DNA of 64,000 bases from an uncultured Acidobacteriota bacterium (GTDB taxonomy: Bacteria; Acidobacteriota; Thermoanaerobaculia; Multivoradales; UBA5704), in contig CAVYRF010000002.1 of the NCBI GenBank assembly GCA_963770895.1, positions 320,001 to 384,000 of the forward strand, in the 5' to 3' direction. This document shows, piece after piece, positions 24,136 through 36,100 of the stretch. Numbering within the stretch: position 1 is the stretch's first letter; each line of letters opens with the position of its first letter. A model generated the notes under the pieces. The model did not search any database. It saw only the letters and a program-made list of their open reading frames with translations, and was not told where the DNA came from. The translations under genes and the position numbers were made by a program.

Positions 24136-26595
24136 TTAGAACGTCTTCAGGAACTCGATCAGCGCCCGCTTGTCGTCGTCGCTCAAGGCGGGCTCTTCCT
24201 TGAAGAAGCTGGTGCCGAAGTAGTGGCCGCGATTGACCACGAAGTCGGGACACTTGCTGAGCCCCAGAAGCGGCTGCGCCAGCGGCTTGAACGCGGCCAG
24301 CGCCTGCTCCTCCGTGGGGTTGGCCGGCAGCGTCAGCAGCGCCTTGTTCAGCTTGCCGAGCACGTCGATCAGCTGCGCGTCGTGCCTGGCCTTGGCGTCG
24401 GGGCTCATGTCCTCGGGCACCAGGTCGATGTTGGCGATCAGGTTGACCGGCGTGCCCTTGGGGATCGGCCCGATCTGGATGCCGCCGTTGCCGACGAGCG
24501 ACGGGAACAGCGCCTTGACGATCGGCGCCAGGTCGGGCGCGAAGGACGGCAGGTAGCCGGCGGCGACGCGGAAGTAGCTGGGGACGGTGGTGCGATCGAT
24601 GGTGCCCGGCACCTTGTCGCCCAGCACGCTGTCCTTGTCGCGCTTTTCGGGCCACAGCATCTGTTCGATCGAATCCTGGAAGGAGTCCATGCGCCCGGCG
24701 ACCGACGGCGACGGGTTGAACTTGCCGACGCTGTTGTTGAGCAGGAAGGGGGCCGTGGACCAGGCGCTGATCAGCGAAGCCGGCCGCGTATAGCCGCGCC
24801 CGCCGGCCGGCATCTTGAACTGCCACGGCTCGCCGGTGAAGGGGTTGTGCACCGTGATCTCGCCCACCGAGGGCAGGTCCTTGTAGCTCTGCGAGCTGAA
24901 GTTGTCCCAGATGTTGCCGGCCACGGCGTTGGTCGCCAGCGGGCTGCAGGCGTTGGTCTGCAGCAGCGTCACCGGGATCCGCTGCTCAGTTGACAGGAAG
25001 TTGTCGGTGAGGAAGTCGTCGGCCAGCACGATGTCGCGCATCTGCTTCTTGAACTCGTCGGTCTTGGTCCACGTCCAGTAGCGGTTCCAGCAGTCCAGGT
25101 AGCCGGCGCCGGCGCAGCCGTCGGGATCCAGGCCCTGGGCGGGCTTGGGCAGCTTGCTGGAATGGCAGCGGGCGCAGGTTTCGGCGAACACCACCTTGCC
25201 GCGCGTCAGCTTGGCGGCGTCGGTCGTCAGGTAGGCGGCGCCGCCCGGAGCGTCCTTGAGCAGGTGCGGCGCGGTGGTCGCCAGGAAGAACTGCGCCAGG
25301 CCCACGGTCTGCGCCTCGGTCGCCTGCCAGTAGGAGGAGTTCTTTTCCGCCTTGGCGATCTCGATCGGGCTGATCGGCTTGCCACCCACCAGCGGATTGA
25401 AGTGCAGCAGCCACTCTTCGCTGAACAGGCCGATGTTGATGAAGACGCGGTTGAGGGCTCCCAGCGCCCCCACCGAGTCGCTGCCGTCCTTGAGCACGCG
25501 CGGCGTCCATACCGTGTCCGGCGCCTTGTACAGCTCGGTCAGCGGCCCGTCCTTCACATAGTCGTTGAACTGTTTGTTGCTCAGGTTGCCGCCGGCGATC
25601 GTCTCCTTGCCCCAGCGCTTGGCCATCCCCAGGCGGGCGCTCAAGCCGTAGATGGCATTCATCGTGCGCGGGTTGTTGATGTAGTCGGTCGACACCAGCG
25701 AGGTGTCCAGCGCGCCGGGCCGGGCGGTGTGGAACAGCTGCCACGGGAAGCTGGAAGGATCCTGCTGCCAGCCCAGCACGCGGTCGACCCAGAAGTACTG
25801 CGCGCCGACGTTCGAGCTCAGCTCTTCCCACTTGGGGTGGTTGGGGTCCGCGGGCGGCTGCACCGGGTTCGGCCCGACGTGGCAGAAGCCGCAGGACATG
25901 CCGACCCGGTAGGGCTTCACCAGGCTGTTGGAGTTGTAGTAGGTAGGGTCGTTGTAGTACCGCTCCGCCGACCAGGCTTGCGCCGCCTTCTCGTCGAAGT
26001 CGGGGTTGGGGAACAGGCGCAGGCCGACGATGCCGGTGCCCCAACCGTAGTAGGACCCGACCGGGACGTTCTTGCCGCGGGCGCCGATCTCAACCCCCGG
26101 ATACTTCTTGGCATCTTCGAACGGATCCGGCGGACAGTCGGAACGGCGCTTGTCCAGCCGCAGGCCGTAGCGGTCGGGGTCGGGTCCGGCCGGGGTGTCG
26201 TAGCAGGGCTCGTTGACCAAGCCGAACCAATCCCAGCGGTTGTCGCGGCCGCCCGCGAGCTTGCCCGGATAGGTGGAGACCACCTTCAGCATGTCGAGCG
26301 TGCCGACGCTCGCCTTGGCGATGTAATCCCAGAAGCGGTCGTTGCCGGCGGTCCAGACGATCCAGGTGTTGCGGCCCTGGATCTCCGCCGGCTGCAGGTG
26401 CCGCACGACGGCGCCGTTGCGGCAGCCGCCATCCATGCACTGGAAGTAATCCTCGTCGGCCCCCTTGAGCGAAGCCGCGTCGCGGCCGGCGCGCATCGCT
26501 TCGTCCGTCACATCCTGTTTTTTGGGGCAACCGAAAAGGGCGATCAGGCAGAGCGGCAAGACACAGCAGAATACGCGCGCGACGAAACGAGTCAT
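24136..26595 (-). CDS. Large di-heme c-type cytochrome lipoprotein (RoxA/MauG-like)
   Basis: CGFCH and CARCH heme motifs, lipobox LFGC, WSTAPFLLNNSV, C-terminal NRGHYFG..LIEFLKTF. Confidence 0.75.
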   Translation of the reverse strand: MTRFVARVFCCVLPLCLIALFGCPKKQDVTDEAMRAGRDAASLKGADEDYFQCMDGGCRNGAVVRHLQPAEIQGRNTWIVWTAGNDRFWDYIAKASVGTLDMLKVVSTYPGKLAGGRDNRWDWFGLVNEPCYDTPAGPDPDRYGLRLDKRRSDCPPDPFEDAKKYPGVEIGARGKNVPVGSYYGWGTGIVGLRLFPNPDFDEKAAQAWSAERYYNDPTYYNSNSLVKPYRVGMSCGFCHVGPNPVQPPADPNHPKWEELSSNVGAQYFWVDRVLGWQQDPSSFPWQLFHTARPGALDTSLVSTDYINNPRTMNAIYGLSARLGMAKRWGKETIAGGNLSNKQFNDYVKDGPLTELYKAPDTVWTPRVLKDGSDSVGALGALNRVFINIGLFSEEWLLHFNPLVGGKPISPIEIAKAEKNSSYWQATEAQTVGLAQFFLATTAPHLLKDAPGGAAYLTTDAAKLTRGKVVFAETCARCHSSKLPKPAQGLDPDGCAGAGYLDCWNRYWTWTKTDEFKKQMRDIVLADDFLTDNFLSTEQRIPVTLLQTNACSPLATNAVAGNIWDNFSSQSYKDLPSVGEITVHNPFTGEPWQFKMPAGGRGYTRPASLISAWSTAPFLLNNSVGKFNPSPSVAGRMDSFQDSIEQMLWPEKRDKDSVLGDKVPGTIDRTTVPSYFRVAAGYLPSFAPDLAPIVKALFPSLVGNGGIQIGPIPKGTPVNLIANIDLVPEDMSPDAKARHDAQLIDVLGKLNKALLTLPANPTEEQALAAFKPLAQPLLGLSKCPDFVVNRGHYFGTSFFKEEPALSDDDKRALIEFLKTF

Positions 26596-26856
26596 GGCAT
26601 CGCTCCTCTGGCTGGACCACAGATGGGCAGCGCCTGGCGTGACAGGGTGGACCGTCCCCCGGCTTTGCCCGATCTTGCGTTCTTGGCTTGTCCAGAACAT
26701 TACCATATCCGCGCGATCACTGCAAGAGGATCTGCACGACAGCAAGGCAGGCAAGACAGCTACACCACGCGGGCGGTGCGAACCCCCCGGCGGGCACCCG
26801 GCGTCGGCGCAGGCCGCCGGGCCGCGCCGCCCGCGCGGCGAACGACGGGCGAACGG

Positions 26857-29013
26857 TCAGTCGAGGCGGACGGTGAGGCTGGCGGCCAGGCGCCGGAACT
26901 GGTCGACCCAGGCGACCGCCGCGGCATCGCCGGAGCGGCCGTCGCCGTCGCCCTGGGCGGCGGCGCGCCAGGCGGGATAGACGGTGTCGCGCAGCTCGCA
27001 GCAGAGGTGCTGCGCCTCCCAGAGGTTGACCGGGAAGGGCGCGTTGCGGGCCAGGGCGGCGCGGCCGGCGGCGGCGCCCAGCAGCTCCGGCGCGTCCGCG
27101 TCCTGCGCCTCGCCGGCGCGGTCGAGCAGCTGGCTGATGGATCGATCCAGGGCGGCGGCCAGCCCCGCGGCGTCCAACGCCACGCCCAGCTGCACGGCAC
27201 GCTGCAGGCAAAGGTCGATCTGGTCGGTGTCCGCCGCCGGGTCGGCGATCGCCGCGCGCAGCTCGCTGCCGACGGCGAAGCTGACCGCGGCGCCGTGCAG
27301 GGAGCGGTCGCGGTGGGCGGCGCGATCGAGCCGCGCCGGCAGCGCCGCGTGGCGGCGGACCACCGCCTCCAGCTCCTCCTCCAGCTGGCGCAGGGAGCCG
27401 GCCAGGGCGCCGGTCTGTTCGCCGGCGGCGGCCGCCGCCGGGCGCACACGCGCGTCGTACAGGTCGCGCCCGTTGCCGGCGGCGGGATCGTTGCTCCTGG
27501 CCCAGGCCAGGCGGCGGCGCAGCTCGCCTTCGCAGCGGCTGCCGCAGAGCTGGTCGGCAAGCTGCGCGGCGCGGCCGGCGTAGCGCATCACCTGCACCGG
27601 CTCGATGCCCGCGAGGTCGTCGAAGAACCAGCCGCAGCTGGTGAACATCAGCATGGCGTGGCGCTGCATCTCCAGCAGGGCCAGCCCGCGGGCGCGCCGG
27701 TCGCCGTCCGGGGTGACGCCGGCGGCGTGGCTTTCGAAAAAGGCGTCCATCGCCTCGGGCGACCGGTCCAGCACCAGCGCGATGTAGTCGTCGCGCGCCT
27801 GCCAGGGGTCGGCGAACAGCTCCCCCGCCGCCTGCTCGTAGAGCGGCGCCAGCTCGTCGCGCAGCTCGTCGAGCGCCTGGCGCAACGGCGCCCGCCAGGC
27901 CTGGTTCCAACCCGCGCCGCCGCCGATGCGGCAGCCGCAATCCTCGCGCCAGCGATCGATGCCGTGCACGCAGCTCCACGAGCTGTTCTCGACGATCTCG
28001 ACCTCGTCGAGCGGCGGCTGGCCGGCCAGGAACTCGGCGTAGTTGGTGAGGCGCGCGTAGCCGCTCTCTTCGATCTTTTGCAGCGCGTACGCCAGCGCCA
28101 TTTCGCCGTGCCGGTGGTGGTGGCCGTAGGTTTCGCCGTCGGAAGCGATGTGCACCAACCTGCTGGCGGCGCCCGCCGCGCCCGCCGCGGCGCCGGCCGC
28201 ACCACAGTGGTCGAACGCCGCCAGCAGACGGCCGGCAAAGCCTTCGCCGCTGGCCAGCAAGCGTTCGAACGCCACCCCGCGGGCGATCGGACCGTCGTAG
28301 AAGAACACCGCGATGCTGCGCCCCGAGGGCAGCCGCACGCGGTAGGGCAGCGTCGTGTCGATGCGCCCGCCGCTCACGTCGCGCCAGGCGCGCCCGTCGC
28401 CCTCGCTGCCGGCGCTACCGGCGGACGCCGCGGTCTGACCGCCGGCGGGCGGCGGCAGGGCGCGCACCCGCCGCGCCTGGTGCGGCTCGAGCACGGTGAA
28501 GCGCACGCCGTTCGCCGCCATCAGGTCCAGGCTCGCCAGGTCGACCGCCGTTTCGGGCAGCCACAGGCCGGCGGCGGGGCGGCCGAAGCGCTGCTCGAAA
28601 TCGCCCAGCCCCCAGACGATCTGCGTCTGCTTGTCGCGCCGGTTGGCGAGCGGCAGGATCATGTGGTTGTACGCCTGCGCCAGGGCCGACCCATGGCCCG
28701 CAAAGCGCTCGCGGCTGGCGCGGTCGGCCGCGAGCACCGCGGCGTACACCGCCGGCGCCGCCGCCTGCATCCAGGCCAGCAGCGTCGGCCCGAAGTTGAA
28801 GCTGATGCGGGCGTAGTTGTTGACCACGGCGGCGATCCAGCCGTCGCCGTCCAGGATGCGCGACGCCGCGTTGGGCGCGTAGCACTCGGCGGTGATGCGC
28901 TCGTTCCAATCGTGGTACGGCCGCGCCGACGCCTCGGGCTCGATCGCGTCCAGCCAGGGGTTGTCGCGCGGCGGCTGGTAGAAGTGGCCGTGGATGCAGA
29001 CGAACCGGTTCAT
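26857..29013 (-). CDS. GH57 / DUF3536 glycoside hydrolase
   Basis: CIHGHFYQPPR, WLPETAVD, DGETYGHH, MFTSCGWFFD. Confidence 0.9.
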   Translation of the reverse strand: MNRFVCIHGHFYQPPRDNPWLDAIEPEASARPYHDWNERITAECYAPNAASRILDGDGWIAAVVNNYARISFNFGPTLLAWMQAAAPAVYAAVLAADRASRERFAGHGSALAQAYNHMILPLANRRDKQTQIVWGLGDFEQRFGRPAAGLWLPETAVDLASLDLMAANGVRFTVLEPHQARRVRALPPPAGGQTAASAGSAGSEGDGRAWRDVSGGRIDTTLPYRVRLPSGRSIAVFFYDGPIARGVAFERLLASGEGFAGRLLAAFDHCGAAGAAAGAAGAASRLVHIASDGETYGHHHRHGEMALAYALQKIEESGYARLTNYAEFLAGQPPLDEVEIVENSSWSCVHGIDRWREDCGCRIGGGAGWNQAWRAPLRQALDELRDELAPLYEQAAGELFADPWQARDDYIALVLDRSPEAMDAFFESHAAGVTPDGDRRARGLALLEMQRHAMLMFTSCGWFFDDLAGIEPVQVMRYAGRAAQLADQLCGSRCEGELRRRLAWARSNDPAAGNGRDLYDARVRPAAAAAGEQTGALAGSLRQLEEELEAVVRRHAALPARLDRAAHRDRSLHGAAVSFAVGSELRAAIADPAADTDQIDLCLQRAVQLGVALDAAGLAAALDRSISQLLDRAGEAQDADAPELLGAAAGRAALARNAPFPVNLWEAQHLCCELRDTVYPAWRAAAQGDGDGRSGDAAAVAWVDQFRRLAASLTVRLD

Positions 29014-29015
29014 CG

Positions 29016-31085
29016 TCAAGCGGCGCCGGAATCGTCGGGCCGCGGCTGCCGCGCGGCCGGCTGGCACTGCAGGAAGACCGCCGCCAGCGGCGGCAGCGTC
29101 AGCGTCAGCGAATGGGCGCGGCCGTGCAGCGGCAGCGGCGACGCCTCCACCCCGCCCATGTTGCCCAAGCCGCCGCCGCCGTAGTGGCGGGCGTCGCTGT
29201 TGAGCAGTTCGCGCCAGAAGCCGCCGCTCGGCACGCCGATGCGATAGTTGTCGCGCGGCACCGGCGTGAAGTTGAACACCACGGCGACCGGCGCCGTGCC
29301 GGGTTCGCCCTGGCGCAGGAACGCCACGACGCTGTTTTCGGCGTCGTTGCCGTCGATCCACGCAAAGCCCGCCGCGGCGCAGTCCAGCTGGTGCATCGCC
29401 GGCTCGCCGCGATACAGGCGGTTGAGGTCCTCGACCCAGCGCGCCACCGCCGCGTGGTCGGGGTCGTCGAGCAGGTGCCAATCCAGGCTCCCCTCGTGGG
29501 TCCATTCGCTCTCCTGCGCCAGCTCGCCGCCCATGAACACCAGCTTCTTGCCGGGCTGGGCATACATCCAGGCGAACAGCAGGCGGAGATTGGCGAAGCG
29601 CTGCCAGCGGTCGCCCGGCATCTTGCCGAGCAGCGACCCCTTGCCGTACACCACCTCGTCGTGCGACAGCGGCAGCACGAAGTTTTCGCTCCAGGCATAG
29701 ATGCCGCGGAACGTCAGCTCGTTCTGGTGGAAGCGGCGGAACACCGGGTCCTTGGCCAGGTACGACAGCGAGTCGTGCATCCAGCCCATGTCCCACTTGT
29801 AGCCGAAGCCCAGCCCGCCCAGGTAGATCGGGCGCGACACCATCGGCCAGGCGGTGGACTCTTCGGCGATCGTCTGCACGCCGGGAAACTCGCGATAGAC
29901 GGCGCCGTTGAGCTCGCGCAGAAACTGGATCGCCTCCAGGTTCTCGCGCCCGCCGTGCTCGTTGGGCAGCCATTCGCCTTCCTGGCGCGAATAGTCCAGG
30001 TAGAGCATCGACGCCACGGCGTCCAGCCGCAGGCCGTCCGCATGGTAGTGATCGAGCCAGAACAGAGCGCTGCTGATCAGGAAGCTGCGCACTTCGCGGC
30101 GGCCGTAGTTGAAGATCAGGCTGCCCCAGTCCGGCTGGTAGCCCTTGCGCGGGTCGGCGTGCTCGAACAGGTGCGTGCCGTCGAAGAACGCCAGCCCGTG
30201 CTCGTCGGTCGGAAAGTGCGACGGCACCCAGTCGAGCAGCACGCCGATGCCGCGGCCGTGCAGGTAGTCGATCAGGTACATCAGGTCCTGCGGCGTGCCG
30301 TAGCGGCTGGTGGGAGAGAAGAAGCCGGTGTCCTGGTATCCCCACGAACCGTAGAAGGGGTGCTCCATGAGCGGCATCAGCTCGACGTGGGTGAAGCCCA
30401 TGCGCTCCACGTGGTCGGCCAGCCAGGGCGCGATCTCGCGGTAGCCGAGCGACCGGTTGCCCTCTTCGGGCACGCGCCGGAACGACCCCAGGTGCACCTC
30501 GTAGATCGACATCGGCGCGCCCAGCGCCTGGCGGGCGGCGCGGCCGGCCATCCACTCGCCGTCGCCCCAGGTGTACGCCAGGTCCCACACCACCGACGCC
30601 TGGCGCGGCGGCACCTCGCCGTGAAACGCCAGCGGATCGGCCTTGTCGACGCGGTAGGAACGGTAGAGCGACGCGATGTGGAACTTGTAGCGCGCCCCCT
30701 GGCCGACGCCCGGCACGAAGCCGTCCCACACCCCGGATTCGCCGCGCGCCGTCAGGCGGTTGGCGCCCTTGTCCCAGCCGTTCCAGTCGCCGATCACCGA
30801 GACCGTCTGGGCGTTGGGCGCCCACACGGCGAAACGCGTGCCGGCCGGGCTCGGGTGGGCGCCCAGGTGGCGGTACAGGCGATATTGGGTGCCCTCGTTG
30901 AAGAGGTAGAGATCGTCGGCGGTAATTTCCGGCAGTGCCGGCAGTGCCGGTGGTGCCGCCGGCGGCGACGCGATCGGCGCGATCGGTGCGACCGGCGGCG
31001 GCGCGATCGGCGCGATCGGCACGGCAGGCGACGGCGACGAAGGCATAGCCGGCGGCGCGGGCGCCCCGGACGTCAGGTCGGTCAT
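29016..31085 (-). CDS. glgB: 1,4-alpha-glucan branching enzyme
   Basis: [44 protein letters not shown]. Confidence 0.95.
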   Translation of the reverse strand: MTDLTSGAPAPPAMPSSPSPAVPIAPIAPPPVAPIAPIASPPAAPPALPALPEITADDLYLFNEGTQYRLYRHLGAHPSPAGTRFAVWAPNAQTVSVIGDWNGWDKGANRLTARGESGVWDGFVPGVGQGARYKFHIASLYRSYRVDKADPLAFHGEVPPRQASVVWDLAYTWGDGEWMAGRAARQALGAPMSIYEVHLGSFRRVPEEGNRSLGYREIAPWLADHVERMGFTHVELMPLMEHPFYGSWGYQDTGFFSPTSRYGTPQDLMYLIDYLHGRGIGVLLDWVPSHFPTDEHGLAFFDGTHLFEHADPRKGYQPDWGSLIFNYGRREVRSFLISSALFWLDHYHADGLRLDAVASMLYLDYSRQEGEWLPNEHGGRENLEAIQFLRELNGAVYREFPGVQTIAEESTAWPMVSRPIYLGGLGFGYKWDMGWMHDSLSYLAKDPVFRRFHQNELTFRGIYAWSENFVLPLSHDEVVYGKGSLLGKMPGDRWQRFANLRLLFAWMYAQPGKKLVFMGGELAQESEWTHEGSLDWHLLDDPDHAAVARWVEDLNRLYRGEPAMHQLDCAAAGFAWIDGNDAENSVVAFLRQGEPGTAPVAVVFNFTPVPRDNYRIGVPSGGFWRELLNSDARHYGGGGLGNMGGVEASPLPLHGRAHSLTLTLPPLAAVFLQCQPAARQPRPDDSGAA

Positions 31086-33190
31086 GCTTCCCCCTTGCGC
31101 CGCAGCTGGTTGATGCGCTGCAGCGGTTCCACCACCTCCGGGCGGCGGCTGAGCTCCTCGAAGGACAGCCGCGCCTTGCGGCGCCAGTTGGGGCGCTCGT
31201 CGTAGGTGCCGGGCACGTTTTGCGGCGCGGTCTCCCCCCAGAGGTCTTCCAGGTTGACCAGCACGACGCGTGCCGGGCTCTCCGCCAGGTGCTCCAGGCG
31301 GTCGCGCAGCACCAGCGGGTAGGGGTCGCTGCGCCCGTCCCATTCGCCGGGATGGCGCGCCGCCGCCATGGCGGCCATCTGGTGGCGCTCGCCGGCGCGC
31401 CGCTGGCGGTCGTCGCGCACCCGCGCCGCATCCAGAAAGCCCAGCGCCTCCAGGTCGTCCAGGTCGCGCCCCTCCCAGAAACCGCGGAAGGTCGGCATGT
31501 CGTGGGTGTTCAGGCTGGCCACCGACGGCGGCGGCGGCTCGCGCTGCAGGCCGCCGCCTCCCGGCGCCAGCTCGTACTGCATGACGTACATCCCCAGGAT
31601 GCCGTGGCGCTCCATCGACTCGCTCACCTCGGGCGGCACGGTGCCCAGGTTCTCGCCGACGATGAGCGCCTGGTGGCGGTGCGATTCGAGCGCCAGCACG
31701 GCGTACATCTCTTCGGCCGGATAGCGCACGTAGACGCCCTGCGCCGCCAGGCCGCCGCGCGGCACCCAGAACAGGCGATGCAGCTGCATCACGTGGTCCA
31801 GGCGCAGCACGCCGGCATGGCGCAGGTGGTGGCGCAGCGCCGCGATCAGATAGTCGTAGCCGCGCTCGCGCAGGCGCTCGGGGCGCAGCGGCGGAAAGCC
31901 CCAGTTCTGCCCCTTGGTGAAGAACGCGTCGGGCGGCGCGCCGGCCGTGGCGCCGTCGGCGAACAGATCGCGCTCCCGCCACACGTCGTAGGCGCTGCCG
32001 TGCGCCCCCAGCGGCATGTCCAGGTAGAGGCCGGGGCCGTGGCGGCGGGCCTCGCCGGCGGCGTGCTCCATCTGCTGCTCCATCGCCCACTGCACCCACA
32101 GGTGGTAGCGCAGGTCCTCTTCGTCGTAGTCGGCCGGCGCCAGGTGGCCCTCGCGCAGCCGTTCCGGCCACGCCTGCCAGCTTTCGCCCCGGCGGTCGCC
32201 GACGGCGCGGAAGGCGGCGTAGTCGGCCAGGCTGGGGCGCGCCGCGACGAAGCTGTCCAGCTCCTGGCGGCGCGGTCCGGGATTGGCGAACACCCACGCC
32301 GCCATCTCGTCGAGCACCCGCCGCTTGAGCGCCAGCACCCGCGGATAGTCCACCAGCGGCTGGGCGGCCAGCGCCCGCACCTCCGCCTCCAGCTCGGCCG
32401 ATTCCAGCAGGCGCCGCGCCGCCGGACACAGGGTCGCCTCGGGCAGGCGCCGCGGGTCCAGAAAGATCTCGTTCCAGAAGCGGCGCGAGGCCGGAGCGTA
32501 GGGGCTGGGGTCACACGGCACGTCCAGAAACGTGGCGAGCAGCGGCAGCGTCGCCACCACGCCGCCGCCCAGCCCCGCCGTCCACTGCGCCAGCGCCTCC
32601 AGGTCGGTCAGGTCGCCGACGCCCCACGAGCGCGCGCTGTGCAGCGCGTAGAGCGGCAGAAACACCCCCCACAGCGGTGGGCCGCCGTCGCCCCAGGCGC
32701 GCACCGGCGCGGCGATCACCGTGCCGCGCGCCGAGCGGCTGCCGATCTTCACCTCCAGCCGGTGGTAGCCGGGCGGCAGCGCCTCGGGCAGCACCAGGCG
32801 GCGCGCCGTGGGCGACACGGCGGGCAGATTTTCCAGGTCCCAGGTCCAGGCGCGCCGCTCGCCGCCCGACTCCATGTCGAGGTGACAGACCACCTCGCCG
32901 GCGCCGCCGCCCTGCGGCACCTGCAGCACCACGTCGCGCAGGTGGCCGTCCCAGGCGATCAGCACCGGCTCCACCAGCCGCGACTCCAGCTCGTCGCGGC
33001 GCGCGGCGAGCATCTCAGGCACGTCGCCCATACCGTCGAAGGGGCCGGCCAGGGCGCCCACCGCGGCCAGCAGCGATTCGGCGCTCGCCTCGACGTAGTT
33101 GCCCAGGATGTCGTGGTAGGCGGGCTGCACGCCGTACAGGCGGGCCAGCTCCACCAGGTCCTGGCGCTCGCGCTCGCTGCCGGCGCTCAC
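31082..33190 (-). CDS. malQ: 4-alpha-glucanotransferase (GH77)
   Basis: [45 protein letters not shown]; GTG start overlaps the treS stop. Confidence 0.93.
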   Translation of the reverse strand: MSAGSERERQDLVELARLYGVQPAYHDILGNYVEASAESLLAAVGALAGPFDGMGDVPEMLAARRDELESRLVEPVLIAWDGHLRDVVLQVPQGGGAGEVVCHLDMESGGERRAWTWDLENLPAVSPTARRLVLPEALPPGYHRLEVKIGSRSARGTVIAAPVRAWGDGGPPLWGVFLPLYALHSARSWGVGDLTDLEALAQWTAGLGGGVVATLPLLATFLDVPCDPSPYAPASRRFWNEIFLDPRRLPEATLCPAARRLLESAELEAEVRALAAQPLVDYPRVLALKRRVLDEMAAWVFANPGPRRQELDSFVAARPSLADYAAFRAVGDRRGESWQAWPERLREGHLAPADYDEEDLRYHLWVQWAMEQQMEHAAGEARRHGPGLYLDMPLGAHGSAYDVWRERDLFADGATAGAPPDAFFTKGQNWGFPPLRPERLRERGYDYLIAALRHHLRHAGVLRLDHVMQLHRLFWVPRGGLAAQGVYVRYPAEEMYAVLALESHRHQALIVGENLGTVPPEVSESMERHGILGMYVMQYELAPGGGGLQREPPPPSVASLNTHDMPTFRGFWEGRDLDDLEALGFLDAARVRDDRQRRAGERHQMAAMAAARHPGEWDGRSDPYPLVLRDRLEHLAESPARVVLVNLEDLWGETAPQNVPGTYDERPNWRRKARLSFEELSRRPEVVEPLQRINQLRRKGEA

Positions 33191-36100
33191 CGCGCACCGC
33201 CGCTGGCGGCGGCGCCACCGGCCGCGGGGTCGGCGGGCGCCGCCGGCCGCGGCAGGTCGAGGATCTGGCGGATGCCGGCGAGCGGGATGCCCACCCAGCC
33301 GGGCCGGTGGTTGAGCTCGTAGGCCAGCTCGTAGACGGCCTTTTCCAGCGTGTAGGCGTCCAGCAGGCTGGCCAGGTCGCCGCGGTCGGCGGGGATGAAC
33401 GAGGCGCCGGCGGTGCGCGCCAGGTAGGCGGCCAGGAACGTCGCCGCGACCCAGCGCTCCCAGTAGAGCGCCCAGCTTTCGAACATCGGCAGGTCGGTCG
33501 GCGGAATGATGCCGGTCGCCGACTCCTCGAACAGCCAGGCGAAGGCGGCGTACTGGAACGAGCGCAGCATGCCGGCCACGTCGCGCAGCGGCGACCGCTT
33601 GAGGCGGCGCTCCGACAGCGACCGCGCCGGCTCGCCCTCGAAATCGAGGATCACGAAATCCTTGCCGGTGTGGAGCACCTGCCCCAGGTGGTAGTCGCCG
33701 TGGGTGCGGATGCGGGTCGCCGCGATCTTGGGACCCAGCAAGGTGCCAAAGCGGGCCCGCACCTGGTCGGCGGCGGCGAGCACCGCCTCCGCCTGGTCGC
33801 GCACCTCGGGCGCCAGGTCGCCCAGCTGGCGGCGCAGCAGGTCGAAGGTGCGCGCGGTCAGGGTGCGCATCGACTCGTAGAGCGAGCGCTGGTGCAGGGT
33901 GGAGAACGGCTCGGGAGCAAAGGCGGCGTTGTCCGGCGGCGCCGAGGCGAGCGCCAGGTGGAGGTCGGCGGTGCGCTCGCCGAGCAGGCGCGCCGCTGGC
34001 AGGTAGGTGCCGATGCGCTCGTACAGGTCCGCCGGCGCACCCGCGCCGTCCGTCGCCGCGGCCGCGGCGGCCAGGTCGAGCAACGGCGCCGCCACCGCGT
34101 CGTGCGGCGCCGGGCCGAAGTCGCCGCGCCCCCAGCCGGTGCGCACCCGCTCGAAGTAGCGGCCCAGCGCCTCCAGGGTGAAGCTCCAGGCGTCCCCTTC
34201 GTTGGCGACGAAGCCGGTGAGCAGGGCGAGCGTCACCGGTTCCGCGCCGCGGCCGGCGCGCGAGGACGCGACGGCGGTGGCGGCGGCCGCCGCCGGCGAG
34301 GCAGTGCCGTGGGCGGCGTGGATGTCCAGGCCGCCGGCCAGCGGCGGCAGGTTGCGGAACGACGTCGATTCCAGCAGGAACCGCGCCACCTCCAGGTCGG
34401 GGTTGACGCCCGGCTCCAGCTTGCGCAGGAGCTTGAGCACCAGGCGGTCGCCGAAGCGCACCGAGCTGTTGCTCTGCTCGGTCGACAGCGGCCGCGGCGT
34501 CAGCTCGGCCGCCGTCTCGCCGCCGCCAACACCGCCGGCACCGCCACCGGCGAGGGCCGCAAACGACCGGTCCGTCCAGCTCGCCACCTCGCTTGCCGCA
34601 CCGGCGAAGCGGCGGCCGCCGCCGATCGCGGCCAGCAGGCCCAGGTCGAACGCCGGGTCGTCGAGCGGGTCGTAGAGCACCCCCAGGCCGGCCGGCGCCG
34701 CCGCGCCGGAGGTGGCGACGCGCGCCAGCCACCCCTGCGGGCGGCCGGGAGGGCGCGTGCCGGGCGTCTCTGCGGCCCAGGCCACCGGCACGGCGTAGCG
34801 TTCCGCTTCGCCCTGCTCGTAGGTGACGTCGAGCAGCAGCAGGTACGCCTCCGGCAGCGGCGGCGCGGCCGGCGTCAGCGGGATCACCTCGCCGATCGTC
34901 ACCGTGCGCAGGGTGCGCGCCTTGCCGGCGAACCAGCGCAGCGCCGGCAGGCGCGCGGCGATCGCCGCTTCGAATGCCGTCCTGCCGGTGCCCGCCAGGC
35001 AGGCGCGCCAGTCGCCGCCCGCCACCTGGAACTGCGGCACCTCCGCCGGCTCGCCGGCCTGGACGCGGCGGCGCGCGCGGCGCGACGGCTCGCGCACCAG
35101 CGAAAACCAGAAGAAGTTGTGCGGCCCCAGGGTGAGCGGATAGAGGCGCCCGGCGGCGATCGGCGGAAAGGCCGTGCCGCCGAACAGCTCGACCGGCGTC
35201 AGGCCGTCGTACGCCGCCAGGTCCAGCTCGATCGGCTGCACGAAGCGCGACAGGTTGGCGACCACCAGCAGCGTCTCTTCGGCCGACTGGCGCAGAAAGG
35301 CCAGCACGTGGTGGTTTTCGGGCTGCAGGAACTCCAGGCTGCCGCGGCTGAAGGCGCGGTGGCGCTTGCGCAGCGCGATCAGGCGCCGCGTCCACCACAG
35401 CAGCGAATGGGGATTGCCCTGCTGGGTCTCGACGTTGATCGCCTGGTAGTTGAATTCGGGATCGATGATCACCGGCAGGTAGAGGCGCTGCGGATTGGCG
35501 TTGGAAAAGCCGGCGTTGCGGTCGCCGTTCCACTGCATCGGCGTGCGCACCCCGTTGCGGTCGCCGATGTAGATGTTGTCGCCCATGCCGATCTCGTCGC
35601 CGTAATAGAGCACCGGCGCCCCCGGCAACGAGAACAGCAGGCTGTTGAGCAGCTCGATGCGCCGGCGGTCCTTGCCCAGCAGCGGCGCCAGCCGGCGGCG
35701 GATGCCGACGTTGATGCGCGCCTGCGCGTCCTGGGCGTAGACGCGATACATGTAGTCGCGGTCCTCGTCGGTCACCATCTCCAGCGTCAGCTCGTCGTGG
35801 TTGCGCAGGAAGGTCGCCCACTGGCAGCTGGCCGGGATGGCCGGCGTCTGCTCCAGGATGTCCACCACCGGGTAGCGGTCCTCCAGGCGCAGCGCCATGT
35901 ACAGGCGCGGCATCACCGGGAAGTGAAACGCCATGTGGCACTCGCCGGCGCCGTTTTCGGGGTCGCCAAAATAGGCGATCGAATCTTCCGGCCACTGGTT
36001 GGCTTCGGCGAGCAGCATGCGGTCGGAGAACTTGGCGTCGACGTGGGCGCGCAGCTGGCGCAGGAAGACGTGGGTTTCGGGAAGGTTTTCGCAGTTGGTG

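Noticed and set aside
18204-24203. 1999-aa plus-strand ORF, and similar giants at 25162-29184 and 32677-39120
   Set aside because: Antisense shadows of well-supported minus-strand genes in high-GC DNA; no motifs
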